From: an uncultured Candidatus Saccharibacteria bacterium
GTDB lineage: Bacteria; Patescibacteriota; Minisyncoccia; Phycocordibacterales; DAORIS01
Length of the DNA stretch: 64,000 nt
Reading direction: 5' to 3'
NCBI GenBank assembly: GCA_964644035.1
Contig: CAZXUH010000001.1
Location: 259,712 to 323,711, forward strand
Under the pieces are notes generated by a model. That model was given only the letters and a program-made list of their open reading frames with translations. It searched no databases and was not told where the DNA came from. The position numbers were made by a program, and so were the translations under genes. Positions 10,364 to 18,906 of this stretch are shown in pieces; position 1 is the stretch's first letter; each line of letters starts with the position of its first letter.

Positions 10364-11374
10364 CTACGAGTACAATTCTTTTAACTTTGCGGTTGTCTTT
10401 GGTCCGACTTGTCCTGTCTGTTCAAAGCCATACTTTTTCTGAAACTTTTTAACTGATTCAATAGTGATGCTTCCGTATACTCCACGACTTGTGACATTTG
10501 CTGGAAACACACCTTCATATGTAAGACAGTCTTGAAGTGATGCTGTGGAGCCTGTGTAGACTGGTTTAATATTTATGGGAGCCGCATCAAACTTGAAGTT
10601 GATTGGATACCTTGCGAGATAGCAACGGGCTTGGAAGAAATCACGATCGATAAGCTTCTGGTATATATTCTCCTGATCCGCTGAATCTTCGATCAAGATG
10701 TATTTCTTGTTGTCGTAGGTAAAAGCGTCGATAGCGGTAACATCATGTCCCCAAGGCTTATTTGTACCTGCAACTCTAGGATATTGAGTACCAAAGAACT
10801 CGTTTGGGCCGAACTGGAACCAAAGCTTGATCCCCTTCCCTGTCTTCTCAATAGTTGATGCGACAGTTTCAAAATCAATTGGCATCTCTACCCAATTTTC
10901 TGGAATAGCGAAAGCGTCTGCTGCATCTCTGTGGTATTGTTCGATTTTTGTTGAGTTGATCTGCGCCTCCGTCATACCTTCGCAAGGAAGCAGGTCGTAT
11001 AGAAGTGCTCCAGTGTTAGCAAGTCTGGCAATATCACTAAAAACCATACCTTCACTTGGTTTGTTAGCTCTCTGTGTGTAGAAAAATGCTGGAGAAAACT
11101 TAACAATTCTATCAGTCTTTAAGAAGTAAAGAATAGTGCATAGCTTTGATGTGCCATACGCAACACAAGCAGACGATGAGAATTGGTACTGGTATGGAAA
11201 CTTTCTCCACTGACTAGGTTGTTTTGCTTTAAACTCAGGTATGGAAGCAGATGCCACAGCTTCATTAAATTGGTGTACTGTAGATAGTTCCTCGCCCAAC
11301 CCTAAAACACCGAGAAATCTTTCTTTCTCTTTAGTCTTCGTTAAAAGATTTTTTATTGATTTAAATATATTCAT
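10364..11374 (-). CDS. Endolysin with a cysteine peptidase domain (CHAP/NlpC-P60/papain-like) and a C-terminal peptidoglycan-binding domain.
   Basis: Candidate nucleophile 'SSACVAYG' and His 'WGHDVTAID'. The C-terminal 'KKFQKKYGFEQTGQVGPKTTAKLKEL' matches the PG_binding_1 pattern. Next to a holin-like gene. Confidence 0.6.
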   Translation of the reverse strand: MNIFKSIKNLLTKTKEKERFLGVLGLGEELSTVHQFNEAVASASIPEFKAKQPSQWRKFPYQYQFSSSACVAYGTSKLCTILYFLKTDRIVKFSPAFFYTQRANKPSEGMVFSDIARLANTGALLYDLLPCEGMTEAQINSTKIEQYHRDAADAFAIPENWVEMPIDFETVASTIEKTGKGIKLWFQFGPNEFFGTQYPRVAGTNKPWGHDVTAIDAFTYDNKKYILIEDSADQENIYQKLIDRDFFQARCYLARYPINFKFDAAPINIKPVYTGSTASLQDCLTYEGVFPANVTSRGVYGSITIESVKKFQKKYGFEQTGQVGPKTTAKLKELYS

Positions 11375-11376
11375 AT

Positions 11377-11604
11377 TTATTGACTTAACCTACTTTTAAT
11401 CCACTGGAGGTCTGTTTGCATTTGACTTAGCTGAACTAGGATTTGAATATTTTGTGCAGTCTGTGCTTCTAATTTTGTTTCCAAAACTCCGGTCCGAACT
11501 TCAATATTTTTAATAGTGCTTTGAATGTTTGCCCATGCAGTAATAAAGGCGACCCCTAACGCTATTAATTGCCAATATTTTTGTAGAGATTTTACTTGTT
11601 CCAT
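11377..11604 (-). CDS. Holin/spanin-like small membrane protein.
   Basis: 75 aa with one TM segment followed by a coiled coil, immediately upstream of the endolysin. Confidence 0.4.
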   Translation of the reverse strand: MEQVKSLQKYWQLIALGVAFITAWANIQSTIKNIEVRTGVLETKLEAQTAQNIQILVQLSQMQTDLQWIKSRLSQ

Positions 11605-11605
11605 T

Positions 11606-13828
11606 TTAAATACCTGTTGTGTCTATTAATATCCATGCTGAACCATTCCAATAATAGAGAGGCATTTCTTGCCAACCACTTGAAACCGGTGATGGTGATG
11701 AACTTGGTGATACTGAGGATGACGGCGAAACTGAGCTGCTAGGACTATGTGAAACTGATGAACTTACCGATGACGAAACTGATGTAGATGGTGACACCGA
11801 TGAACTTGGAGAATGACTTATTGAACTAGATACACTGGACGACGCCGAACTTGAGACAGAAGAAGAAATAGAAGTACTTGGGCTAGTGCTGCTCGAAACT
11901 GATGACGAGACACTTGAAGATACAGAGCCTGCGATCTGGTAGCAAACCTTCATTGAAATGGAATCCACTTGGACTGTACCTGCTGGGTTTGCGTAATCTA
12001 CATTGACCTCAACTCCCTCAATAACTGCATCAACTGGTATAGAGAAACCAAAGTCAGTCATTGCTAGGTACTTACCAGTTCCCATGTTTCCGATGATGCT
12101 CCATCCAAAACCGAAGTTGCTTGCATTTATATCAGCCGGTGTTAAAGAAAGACCCCATAATTCTGTTGGTCCCCCGTACACCCTAGGACTTCCAGCTCCT
12201 GAAATAGCTACACCTGTATGTAGACTTGTACCCGAAATACTTCCTCCTACTATTAATTTTGCGCTATTATCAGTTGTTGATCCTGAAGCCCTTACTGCAC
12301 ATGTAGTTGAGGTTGATCCATTATCAGTTTTTGCATCATTTGGATTCAACCAATCGATAGTTCCGACTGTTGCATCATTTGCGGCTACGTTAGGAAATTG
12401 AAAGTTTGTGCATACAGACACTACGGAAGATGGTGACGGACTTACACTACTCGATACGCTAGTCGATGGAGAAACTGAGGAACTTGTCGAACTGCTGACC
12501 GAAGATGAAGTTGAGCTTGATACCGACGTTGACGGACTTACTGATGAGGATACCGAAGACGAAACGGAAGAACTAACACTTGATGAAACTGAGGTCGAGG
12601 GACTTACTGATGAACTTACAGAAGAAGAAACTGATGATGACACCGACGATGAAACTGAACTTGAAACCGAGGTCGAGGCTGATCCTGCTGCATCATATGT
12701 TGCATAGATCGAGGCAGTAAATAAGTTTACACCCGCACTCATTACCCAAGGAGATTCGGGGCTAGCGTACGTGACACTGATGTCATAGTATTCTTGATCT
12801 GATGTATTGTCGTAACTTATGTAGTAGCCTCTTGTGCCTGAAATATCTGCGGGATCACCCTGAGCATTTAATATGTATTCAGTTGCATCCGAAAAAGCTT
12901 CTGAACCCATAATGAACGTTTTCCAACCAAGGGCTTCTGCTTGATCTAGTCCGGTTTGTGTTGCGATTTGTCCATGAGTTCCTGTACCACCAGAGTCCCT
13001 TTCATTCATGAAAACTTTAACGTCAACAGCAGTAGAGCCTGTATCACCCCCCAAATAAGCATCAATGGCTGTGAGAGTTCCTGCTTCTGTTGTGAGAAAT
13101 GATGTACCAAAGCGTTCGCTTTCAGCTACACCAAAGCGTTCTGCGATAGCAATTTGAAGCGCACCAATACTTGTGTATCCAAACGTAGGGTCAACTGTTA
13201 CCGGAAATACTGCTTCTTCTAGAAACTTTTGAGGTACAGTGACAGTGAGTAAATCTACATTCTCGTAAATATTCAAATCACACCATGTCCTATTCCCCTC
13301 TGCATCAACTGCCTCTGGTCTATATATATGAAAAGCTTTACCAGTTTTGTATTCTTTACCAGCAGAATTATTTATACGTCCTTTAGTTTTGTGATACACA
13401 GCATAAGAGCCAACAGTGTTCTCAGGCTGCTTGAATCGTTTGGAATCGATTTGTTCTTGAGTAAGTGGCGGCTGGTAGAAGAAATCAAGTCCTTTTGTAT
13501 TAATTGTTGCGGTTAGAACATTGTTTTCAGGTATTTGCTTGAGGACCCATTCAAACTCAAAACCACCATCTTCACCGGCTTCTGGCTTTTCGTACTGATG
13601 CACTTCGTAATCAGGCGTAATGTACTTAATTACCCCGTCAGTCTCCTCGATAGTTGCATCTGGATGTTCCTCTGCTCGAAGTGAAAAGTTTACCTCGTTG
13701 TCCCATCTTTGAATCTTTACTTGGGGTTTGAAATCAATCTGCTTGTCATCACCTATAATGATCTCAATTTTATCTTTGGGATTGGACTTTACCTCTTTTA
13801 GAAATGTTGTGTCGTTTAATTTATCCAT
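11606..13828 (-). CDS. Tail fiber/virion surface protein with two long serine-rich repeat tracts.
   Basis: 740 aa. The N-terminal globular domain is followed by (SSSVSSSVSPSTSV)n tracts in the middle and at the C-terminus, and it sits beside the LamG fiber gene. Confidence 0.55.
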   Translation of the reverse strand: MDKLNDTTFLKEVKSNPKDKIEIIIGDDKQIDFKPQVKIQRWDNEVNFSLRAEEHPDATIEETDGVIKYITPDYEVHQYEKPEAGEDGGFEFEWVLKQIPENNVLTATINTKGLDFFYQPPLTQEQIDSKRFKQPENTVGSYAVYHKTKGRINNSAGKEYKTGKAFHIYRPEAVDAEGNRTWCDLNIYENVDLLTVTVPQKFLEEAVFPVTVDPTFGYTSIGALQIAIAERFGVAESERFGTSFLTTEAGTLTAIDAYLGGDTGSTAVDVKVFMNERDSGGTGTHGQIATQTGLDQAEALGWKTFIMGSEAFSDATEYILNAQGDPADISGTRGYYISYDNTSDQEYYDISVTYASPESPWVMSAGVNLFTASIYATYDAAGSASTSVSSSVSSSVSSSVSSSVSSSVSPSTSVSSSVSSSVSSSVSSSVSPSTSVSSSTSSSVSSSTSSSVSPSTSVSSSVSPSPSSVVSVCTNFQFPNVAANDATVGTIDWLNPNDAKTDNGSTSTTCAVRASGSTTDNSAKLIVGGSISGTSLHTGVAISGAGSPRVYGGPTELWGLSLTPADINASNFGFGWSIIGNMGTGKYLAMTDFGFSIPVDAVIEGVEVNVDYANPAGTVQVDSISMKVCYQIAGSVSSSVSSSVSSSTSPSTSISSSVSSSASSSVSSSISHSPSSSVSPSTSVSSSVSSSVSHSPSSSVSPSSSVSPSSSPSPVSSGWQEMPLYYWNGSAWILIDTTGI
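11653..11905 (-). repeat. Coding tandem repeat (Ser/Val/Pro/Thr-rich tract, C-terminal) of the fiber gene.
   Basis: Nucleotide-level tandem repetition of Ser codons; likely slippage-prone. Confidence 0.6.
12418..12718 (-). repeat. Coding tandem repeat (central poly-Ser-Val tract) of the fiber gene.
   Basis: About 100 aa of SSSVSSS repeats; the antisense strand reads as an acidic DELTDE artefact ORF. Confidence 0.6.
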
Positions 13829-13829
13829 A

Positions 13830-15437
13830 TTAGTCTAGGAAAACTTTTAGAGGTGCTTTGATCCAAGTCAATCCGTTAAATCGATAAAGAGTTCCGCCAT
13901 ATAGACTTGCTGACGGTGATGAGCTGGGTGAACCAGATATAGAAGAACTCACAGAGGTTGACGGACTCACTGAGCTACTTACAGAGCTGGAAACCGAACT
14001 TGAAATACTGGATGAAACCGAGGTTGAGGGTGACACAGATGAAGACACAGAACTGCTCACAGACGAGCTTACAGAGGTCGAGGGACTCACTGATGACGAT
14101 GGTGAATGACTTATACTGCTCGATACGCTCGTTGACGGACTTACTGAACTTGAAGGTGACGAGGAGATCGAGGAAGAAACGGACGTGCTCGGTGAAGATG
14201 AAACAGAAGAAGATATAGAAGTCGATGGAGAAACTGAGCTGCTCACTGATGAGCTAACCGAACTACTTACGGATGAACTTACCGAACTTGAAACTGATGT
14301 GCTTGGTGAAACTGACGAAGATGGAGAGCTGCTGATGGATGAAGATACTGACGTTGATGGGCTAACGCTCGAAGAAACCGAACTCGACACGGAGCTAGAT
14401 ACACTGGAAGAAACAGATGTTGATGGAGAGACAGATGATGAAACGCTGGACGATACCGAGGAACTTACCGAAGTTGAAGGGCTGACAGAACTACTTGGTG
14501 AACTTGATACCGACGAAGACACGGATGAAGACACCGAGCTGGACACTGAACTTGAGACAGACGACGAGACAGAGCTGCTAACGCTTGTTGAAGGTGAAAC
14601 GGAAGAACTAACACTTGATGAAACGCTCGTACTTGGAGAAACCGAGCTTGAAGGAGAGCTACTGACCGAAGATGAAACAGAAGTTGAAGGACTGACGCTT
14701 GAACTTGGCGAAGATGATACTGAGGATGAAGGCGAACTGCTTACCGATGAAACTGCAAGTGGATATGCTAGACCAGCACCACCATTATAAAGAGATGTAA
14801 CTTCCGCATCTGAAAGTTGTCTGCTCCATATACCTACTTCGTCGATGTATGCATTCGAAAATGCGGCCAGAACGTTGTCTGATCGATCAGCACCAACAAC
14901 AAAGTTGTTAAATGTTGTTCCACTCGTACCAGCACCTGAACTGGCTTGCGTTCCTCGATTGACACCATCTGTATAACCAGTAATAGTTGATCCGTCATAT
15001 GTCAGTACCAAATGATGCCAGCCTGCCGTTCCGAGCGTAATGTTGTATATAAAATTGTCTTGAGCGACACCCTTCTTCAAACGTGAGAAGAATAGACGAC
15101 GAGTACCACCATTATGCTGATAGATAATGTAATAACCGTTTTTATTCGTAACACTTTCTTGAAATATAAAAGTCTGTTGGCTGGCCGCAATTTCAGTTCG
15201 CATCTTGACCCAGAGCGACATAGACATTGCGCCTCCTGTAATACCCATGTTTGCAGCACGTGTGAGACTCTTGTTGGTATTAGCCGTGCCAAAGTCTGCA
15301 CCATTGTTTATAAGTGCGGCAGCAAAACCAACGGTGTTGTTGTTGGTTAGTGTGAGAGCTGCGCCGGAAGAATCGGCTGGGTTGCCGCTTGATTCGTCGA
15401 GCTTATAATATGCTAATAGGTTTGTTGTTAACGCCAC
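13830..15437 (-). CDS. Tail fiber/receptor-binding protein with an N-terminal LamG (concanavalin-A-like lectin) domain and a ~300-aa serine-rich repeat.
   Basis: The N-terminus 'LLAYYKLDESSGNPADSSG...LVLTYDGSTITGYTDG...IDEVGIWSRQLSDAEVTSLY' is the LamG pattern common in phage fibers. It is followed by (SSSVSSSVSPSTSV)n. Confidence 0.65.
   Translation of the reverse strand: MALTTNLLAYYKLDESSGNPADSSGAALTLTNNNTVGFAAALINNGADFGTANTNKSLTRAANMGITGGAMSMSLWVKMRTEIAASQQTFIFQESVTNKNGYYIIYQHNGGTRRLFFSRLKKGVAQDNFIYNITLGTAGWHHLVLTYDGSTITGYTDGVNRGTQASSGAGTSGTTFNNFVVGADRSDNVLAAFSNAYIDEVGIWSRQLSDAEVTSLYNGGAGLAYPLAVSSVSSSPSSSVSSSPSSSVSPSTSVSSSVSSSPSSSVSPSTSVSSSVSSSVSPSTSVSSSVSSSVSSSVSSSVSSSVSSSVSSSPSSSVSPSTSVSSSVSSSVSSSVSPSTSVSSSVSSSVSSSVSSSVSPSTSVSSSISSSPSSSVSPSTSVSSSVSSSVSSSVSSSVSSSVSPSTSISSSVSSSPSTSVSSSISSSPSSSVSPSTSVSSSISHSPSSSVSPSTSVSSSVSSSVSSSVSPSTSVSSSISSSVSSSVSSSVSPSTSVSSSISGSPSSSPSASLYGGTLYRFNGLTWIKAPLKVFLD
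13884..14765 (-). repeat. Coding tandem repeat (about 295 aa poly-Ser-Val-Pro-Thr) within the LamG fiber gene.
   Basis: Highly repetitive Ser codons; the antisense acidic ORF 14185–14790 is an artefact of this tract. Confidence 0.6.
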
Positions 15438-16357
15438 TTTTCTATCTCAGTTTCTGTCCATCCCGTAACTGGTGAAAACTTTTCTATGAGCCATGCCAGA
15501 GGATACTTTTGTAAACTCCAGCTTCTATCTTTAAATTGATTAAGGACTGTCTTCTTGGCGTGTTCTGTTTGTCGTCCTGATATTGGATATGGGAATCCAA
15601 AATCATTTGCTGCTTTTGTTCTGAACATGTGTGCGTACCAAGTCGTGTGATTGACTACTACCCTTCCTCCTGAGAGCCATGTCTTACATGCCACCTCTAT
15701 TCCTTGAGATCCCCAAGAACCAAGAGCCTCATCACAAATATTGAGTTCCCAATATTTTTCTCTGGTCATAAGAAAACAAGAACCTTGGATACTCATTGAA
15801 TCCGTGAGATCACCTCCATACCCTTCTCGTTTGGTGTACTCATTGAAATATTGGAAGTGTGGTTCACTATCAAAGCAAAATGAATTGCTTTCTGGCCTTC
15901 TCTTGGCAATCCACACAATGTCCTTAGTCATTATCTTTCCGCACTTGTCGCACTTAGAACCTTTGTCCTGATATTTCCTTTCTCCGCACTCACAGACCCA
16001 ATCAAAGGCGTGTAGGTTTCGCATTGTAGGAACCATAGTCCAATCGTCCTGCATCTTCTCGATCAACTTCCTATCAAAGCCCTTATCGAAAGCACAATGA
16101 GCGTCTACCTTCACCACATACTTTGCTTGTGAGAGTTTGCAGGCCAAATTGGTTGCTGCTCTCTGCCCAATACTTTCAGGAAGATAGATGACGTTTACTC
16201 TTTCATGTTGAGGGATAGCTGGATTAGCCCACTGCCCATCTAGAACAACGATTACTTCTGTATCTGCTTCAATATTGGATACAATATCCTCAATCGTTCT
16301 CGCTAAAAATTCCTCGTTGCGAGCAGGAATCAGAATACTTAAATCTCTTGCTGCCAT
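15428..16357 (-). CDS. Family 2 glycosyltransferase (GT-A) with a C-terminal Cys-rich (Zn-ribbon-like) region.
   Basis: N-terminal 'LSILIPARNEE...VIVVLDGQW' GT2 signature. Paralogous to 18120–18899 (both have the 'HC[AS]F[DG]KG[FY]DR' motif). C-terminal 'CECGER...CDKCGK'. Confidence 0.65.
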   Translation of the reverse strand: MAARDLSILIPARNEEFLARTIEDIVSNIEADTEVIVVLDGQWANPAIPQHERVNVIYLPESIGQRAATNLACKLSQAKYVVKVDAHCAFDKGFDRKLIEKMQDDWTMVPTMRNLHAFDWVCECGERKYQDKGSKCDKCGKIMTKDIVWIAKRRPESNSFCFDSEPHFQYFNEYTKREGYGGDLTDSMSIQGSCFLMTREKYWELNICDEALGSWGSQGIEVACKTWLSGGRVVVNHTTWYAHMFRTKAANDFGFPYPISGRQTEHAKKTVLNQFKDRSWSLQKYPLAWLIEKFSPVTGWTETEIEKWR

Positions 16358-16899
16358 TTTGTTACATCAACGAAGTTAGAAAGAACTGTTGTGTGCGGTG
16401 TAGCTCCGGTCCAGTCGTATCGATACTTGAACTGCGAGTAGAGTTGGTCATAACCGTACTTCTGCTTTCCGTTCACACCGGCGTCATGCAAAACCACGTA
16501 ATCAGCCTTATCTTTGAAAAGAAGGGCGTCATCTCCCCTTGTTCGGGGCTTCTTCGGTGTATGGTCGATAAAGACAATACTGTAGTGTTCATTCAAGTCA
16601 GCCTTCTCAAGTTCCTTAATGTGTAGGACTTTGTGACTGAGTGTCTTGAACTTATTTGCAAAATCTAAGTAATGAAGATGTCTTTCGACGGTGATGAGAC
16701 TTCTCTTGTTCTCAAAACACATCCAGTGCAAGAGGGGTGTACTGAACATTCCAGAACCGACTTCCATAATCGTCCCCGTAGTGTTCTGGACCAGTTTCAT
16801 GAGTATTGGAAAGTGCGTGGACGTTTCCATTTCCAAGCTTGTGTGCTTGTACTTCTCATTCTTCTGCTCCCTTGATTGAAATACTCTTTTTTTACTCAT
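16339..16899 (-). CDS. Class I SAM-dependent methyltransferase (Methyltransf_24/TylF-CmcI-like O-methyltransferase).
   Basis: 'IMEVGSGMFS' glycine-rich SAM motif, 'IVFIDHT' (DGDH-like) and 'VVLHDAG'. Paralogous pattern to 38956–39537. Confidence 0.5.
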   Translation of the reverse strand: MSKKRVFQSREQKNEKYKHTSLEMETSTHFPILMKLVQNTTGTIMEVGSGMFSTPLLHWMCFENKRSLITVERHLHYLDFANKFKTLSHKVLHIKELEKADLNEHYSIVFIDHTPKKPRTRGDDALLFKDKADYVVLHDAGVNGKQKYGYDQLYSQFKYRYDWTGATPHTTVLSNFVDVTKWQQEI

Positions 16900-17572
16900 A
16901 TTTTTTAATTAATTCCCTTGCATGTCCCCAGTGGTAAAGATCGTATGCTTTTATCTGTCCAAGCCTCTTTCGTTGCGTTCTTTGCCTGTCCTCAGAAGCA
17001 TTCTCATGATTGATTTGGATGATTGAAACTTCTCCAAAGACCTCTACTGATTTCCTTTCTGTAATATTTAAATTTCTTTCGATAATCCCCCGCCCTACTT
17101 CTCCAGTGAACTCATGAGGTGTACCGTTTGGCCATTTCTCGAATCTTTCTTCTAGGGCTTCGATCAGTAATTTCCTTGGAGCGATCAATGAGCAGTTACT
17201 CTTTCTGTTTCGCCATGAGTAGATGGGTTCTCCCCATGTAAATAGAGCAAAGCGATTCTGGTCATAGGCAAATTCATCTAAATTTGGCCTGTAGAAGTTG
17301 AAATGATTTTCATGATACAAACAATCATCTTCTGCTGTAGCAATGAACTCGGTCGTAGCTAATTTGGCGGCTCGTAGCATCTGACGGTAAATGTTTGACA
17401 TGCCTTTTTCTCCGTCATCTAATATGTTCTGTCCGAAATCCAATGGTTTACGAGAAACACTTATGAGTGGGTAATCTCCTATTGCTGAACTCAAGACTTC
17501 TCTCTGATAGGATGAGAACTTATCGGGCATCTGTGAGGCTGTCAGATAGATCACTGTTAAGTCTTTTGCCAT
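16892..17572 (-). CDS. Hypothetical protein within the glycosylation cassette (possible GT-like).
   Basis: 226 aa with an 'EDDCLYHENHF' acidic motif and no confident family assignment. Confidence 0.3.
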   Translation of the reverse strand: MAKDLTVIYLTASQMPDKFSSYQREVLSSAIGDYPLISVSRKPLDFGQNILDDGEKGMSNIYRQMLRAAKLATTEFIATAEDDCLYHENHFNFYRPNLDEFAYDQNRFALFTWGEPIYSWRNRKSNCSLIAPRKLLIEALEERFEKWPNGTPHEFTGEVGRGIIERNLNITERKSVEVFGEVSIIQINHENASEDRQRTQRKRLGQIKAYDLYHWGHARELIKKYE

Positions 17573-18168
17573 GTGGATACAATTAAGTCGTCCTCTAGAT
17601 ACGTTGCAAACTCTCTTGTTGAGACTGTTTCCTTACCATTTGAGAATCCATCAACCGATGCATTCCAAGCGTGCATACCTCCATATCTTTTCTTTTGATC
17701 TGGTGCATGTCTGAGATATACCCAGCCACCTTTTTTGCAAACTCTTTTCATCTCCTCGATCGCCTTCTGACAATCGGGAGTGTGATCGAGTGCGTTTACA
17801 CAATGAACTATGTCGAACGTTTCATCTGGATACGTGAGATTCTCCATATCCTGATATTCAATTGGAACCAGTGGAACTTTTCCGTTATTAACCCAGAATT
17901 TCTTATATTCATCTGAGAAGATGTCGGATGCGAATATGGTCACATCTACTCCTTCACAATGATCCCCGATCGTATTAACTGGACCAGCCCCTAACTCCGC
18001 TATCACCACTTTTTTCTTGTCTCCAATTAAATATTTAAAATACTTTGGTAGTGGTGCTGGTTTGTTAAACTCTCTTTCTTTTGAACCGAACTTAACCCTG
18101 TAAAAAAACGTTGTTTTATTTATATCCGCCATTTTGGTCGTATTTCTTTCTCGTAATAGTCCCCCCAC
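17557..18168 (-). CDS. Class I SAM-dependent methyltransferase.
   Basis: Motif I 'VVIAELGAGPV' and motif 'FDIVHCVNALDH' typical of Methyltransf_11/23-like enzymes. Confidence 0.6.
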   Translation of the reverse strand: MGGLLRERNTTKMADINKTTFFYRVKFGSKEREFNKPAPLPKYFKYLIGDKKKVVIAELGAGPVNTIGDHCEGVDVTIFASDIFSDEYKKFWVNNGKVPLVPIEYQDMENLTYPDETFDIVHCVNALDHTPDCQKAIEEMKRVCKKGGWVYLRHAPDQKKRYGGMHAWNASVDGFSNGKETVSTREFATYLEDDLIVSTWQKT

Positions 18169-18899
18169 AATTCAAGTGAATACTTCCAGCCCGGCTCTGC
18201 TTCCTTCGTGCCGTAGTTGTGGGTTCGTGGAAAGTCCCTGTGCTTGTGGGCGTGCCATGTATTCTTGTTGACCATGAGCCTGCCTCCTGCTTTCCATGTC
18301 TTGAAGACCATCTCATGCGAATCACCGTAATGAGTGCCGTAGCCTTCGGATTGCAGCTCTACGATCACTTTGTCCCACCACGAACGCTTCATGATCCAGC
18401 AGGAACCCTGCATAGCCATTGTTTCGTCAATCATTTTGTCTGCCCTTTGCTTGGCTCTGCTTTTCCAATCAACACCCGAGAACTTGTTTCTCGAAGTGTC
18501 TATGACTAGCTTGTTGTAATCGTTTGGAGGTAAATCCATTACTTCCCATTTGTCCACATCCAAGAAGTAGCGGCGTGGCGTGACAATCCAGTTGTCCTTA
18601 AACCTTTCTGTCAAAATACGATCGTAGCCTTTACCGAATGAGCAATGCTCGTCAGTACGCATTATGAACTGTCCCTTTGAGACAGACACACCGGCATTGA
18701 TTGCTCCTCTCATACCCCTTGTCTTTCCAAGGTGTAAAACTTTTACTCTTGGATCATCAATGGGACCAGTCCAGTACCCATCAAGAACACAGATAATTTC
18801 CAGTTGATCCTTTGGTAGTTCAGAGTTTTCTAAAAGCGATTCAACTGTATTCTTAAGGAGTGGGTCCTTGAAACTTGGAATAATGACGCTTAATAGCAT
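18120..18899 (-). CDS. Family 2 glycosyltransferase (paralog of 15428–16357).
   Basis: 'LLSVIIPSFKD...ICVLDGYW' GT2 N-terminus and a shared 'HCSFGKGYDR' block. Confidence 0.65.
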   Translation of the reverse strand: MLLSVIIPSFKDPLLKNTVESLLENSELPKDQLEIICVLDGYWTGPIDDPRVKVLHLGKTRGMRGAINAGVSVSKGQFIMRTDEHCSFGKGYDRILTERFKDNWIVTPRRYFLDVDKWEVMDLPPNDYNKLVIDTSRNKFSGVDWKSRAKQRADKMIDETMAMQGSCWIMKRSWWDKVIVELQSEGYGTHYGDSHEMVFKTWKAGGRLMVNKNTWHAHKHRDFPRTHNYGTKEAEPGWKYSLELWGDYYEKEIRPKWRI

Positions 18900-18906
18900 G
18901 AGTGAA

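Noticed and set aside
12408-12707. Plus-strand 99-aa highly acidic ORF (DGLTDELTEEETDDD...), and the similar 14185–14790 201-aa ORF.
   Set aside because: These are antisense to the poly-Ser tracts of the minus-strand fiber genes. The Ser-codon repeats keep the opposite frame open. The minus-strand genes have real globular domains (LamG), so these plus ORFs are artefacts.
11653-14765. Possibility that the tandem repeats are a CRISPR array or non-coding satellite.
   Set aside because: The repeats are in-frame Ser/Val/Pro/Thr codons inside long ORFs. There are no repeat-spacer alternation and no cas genes.
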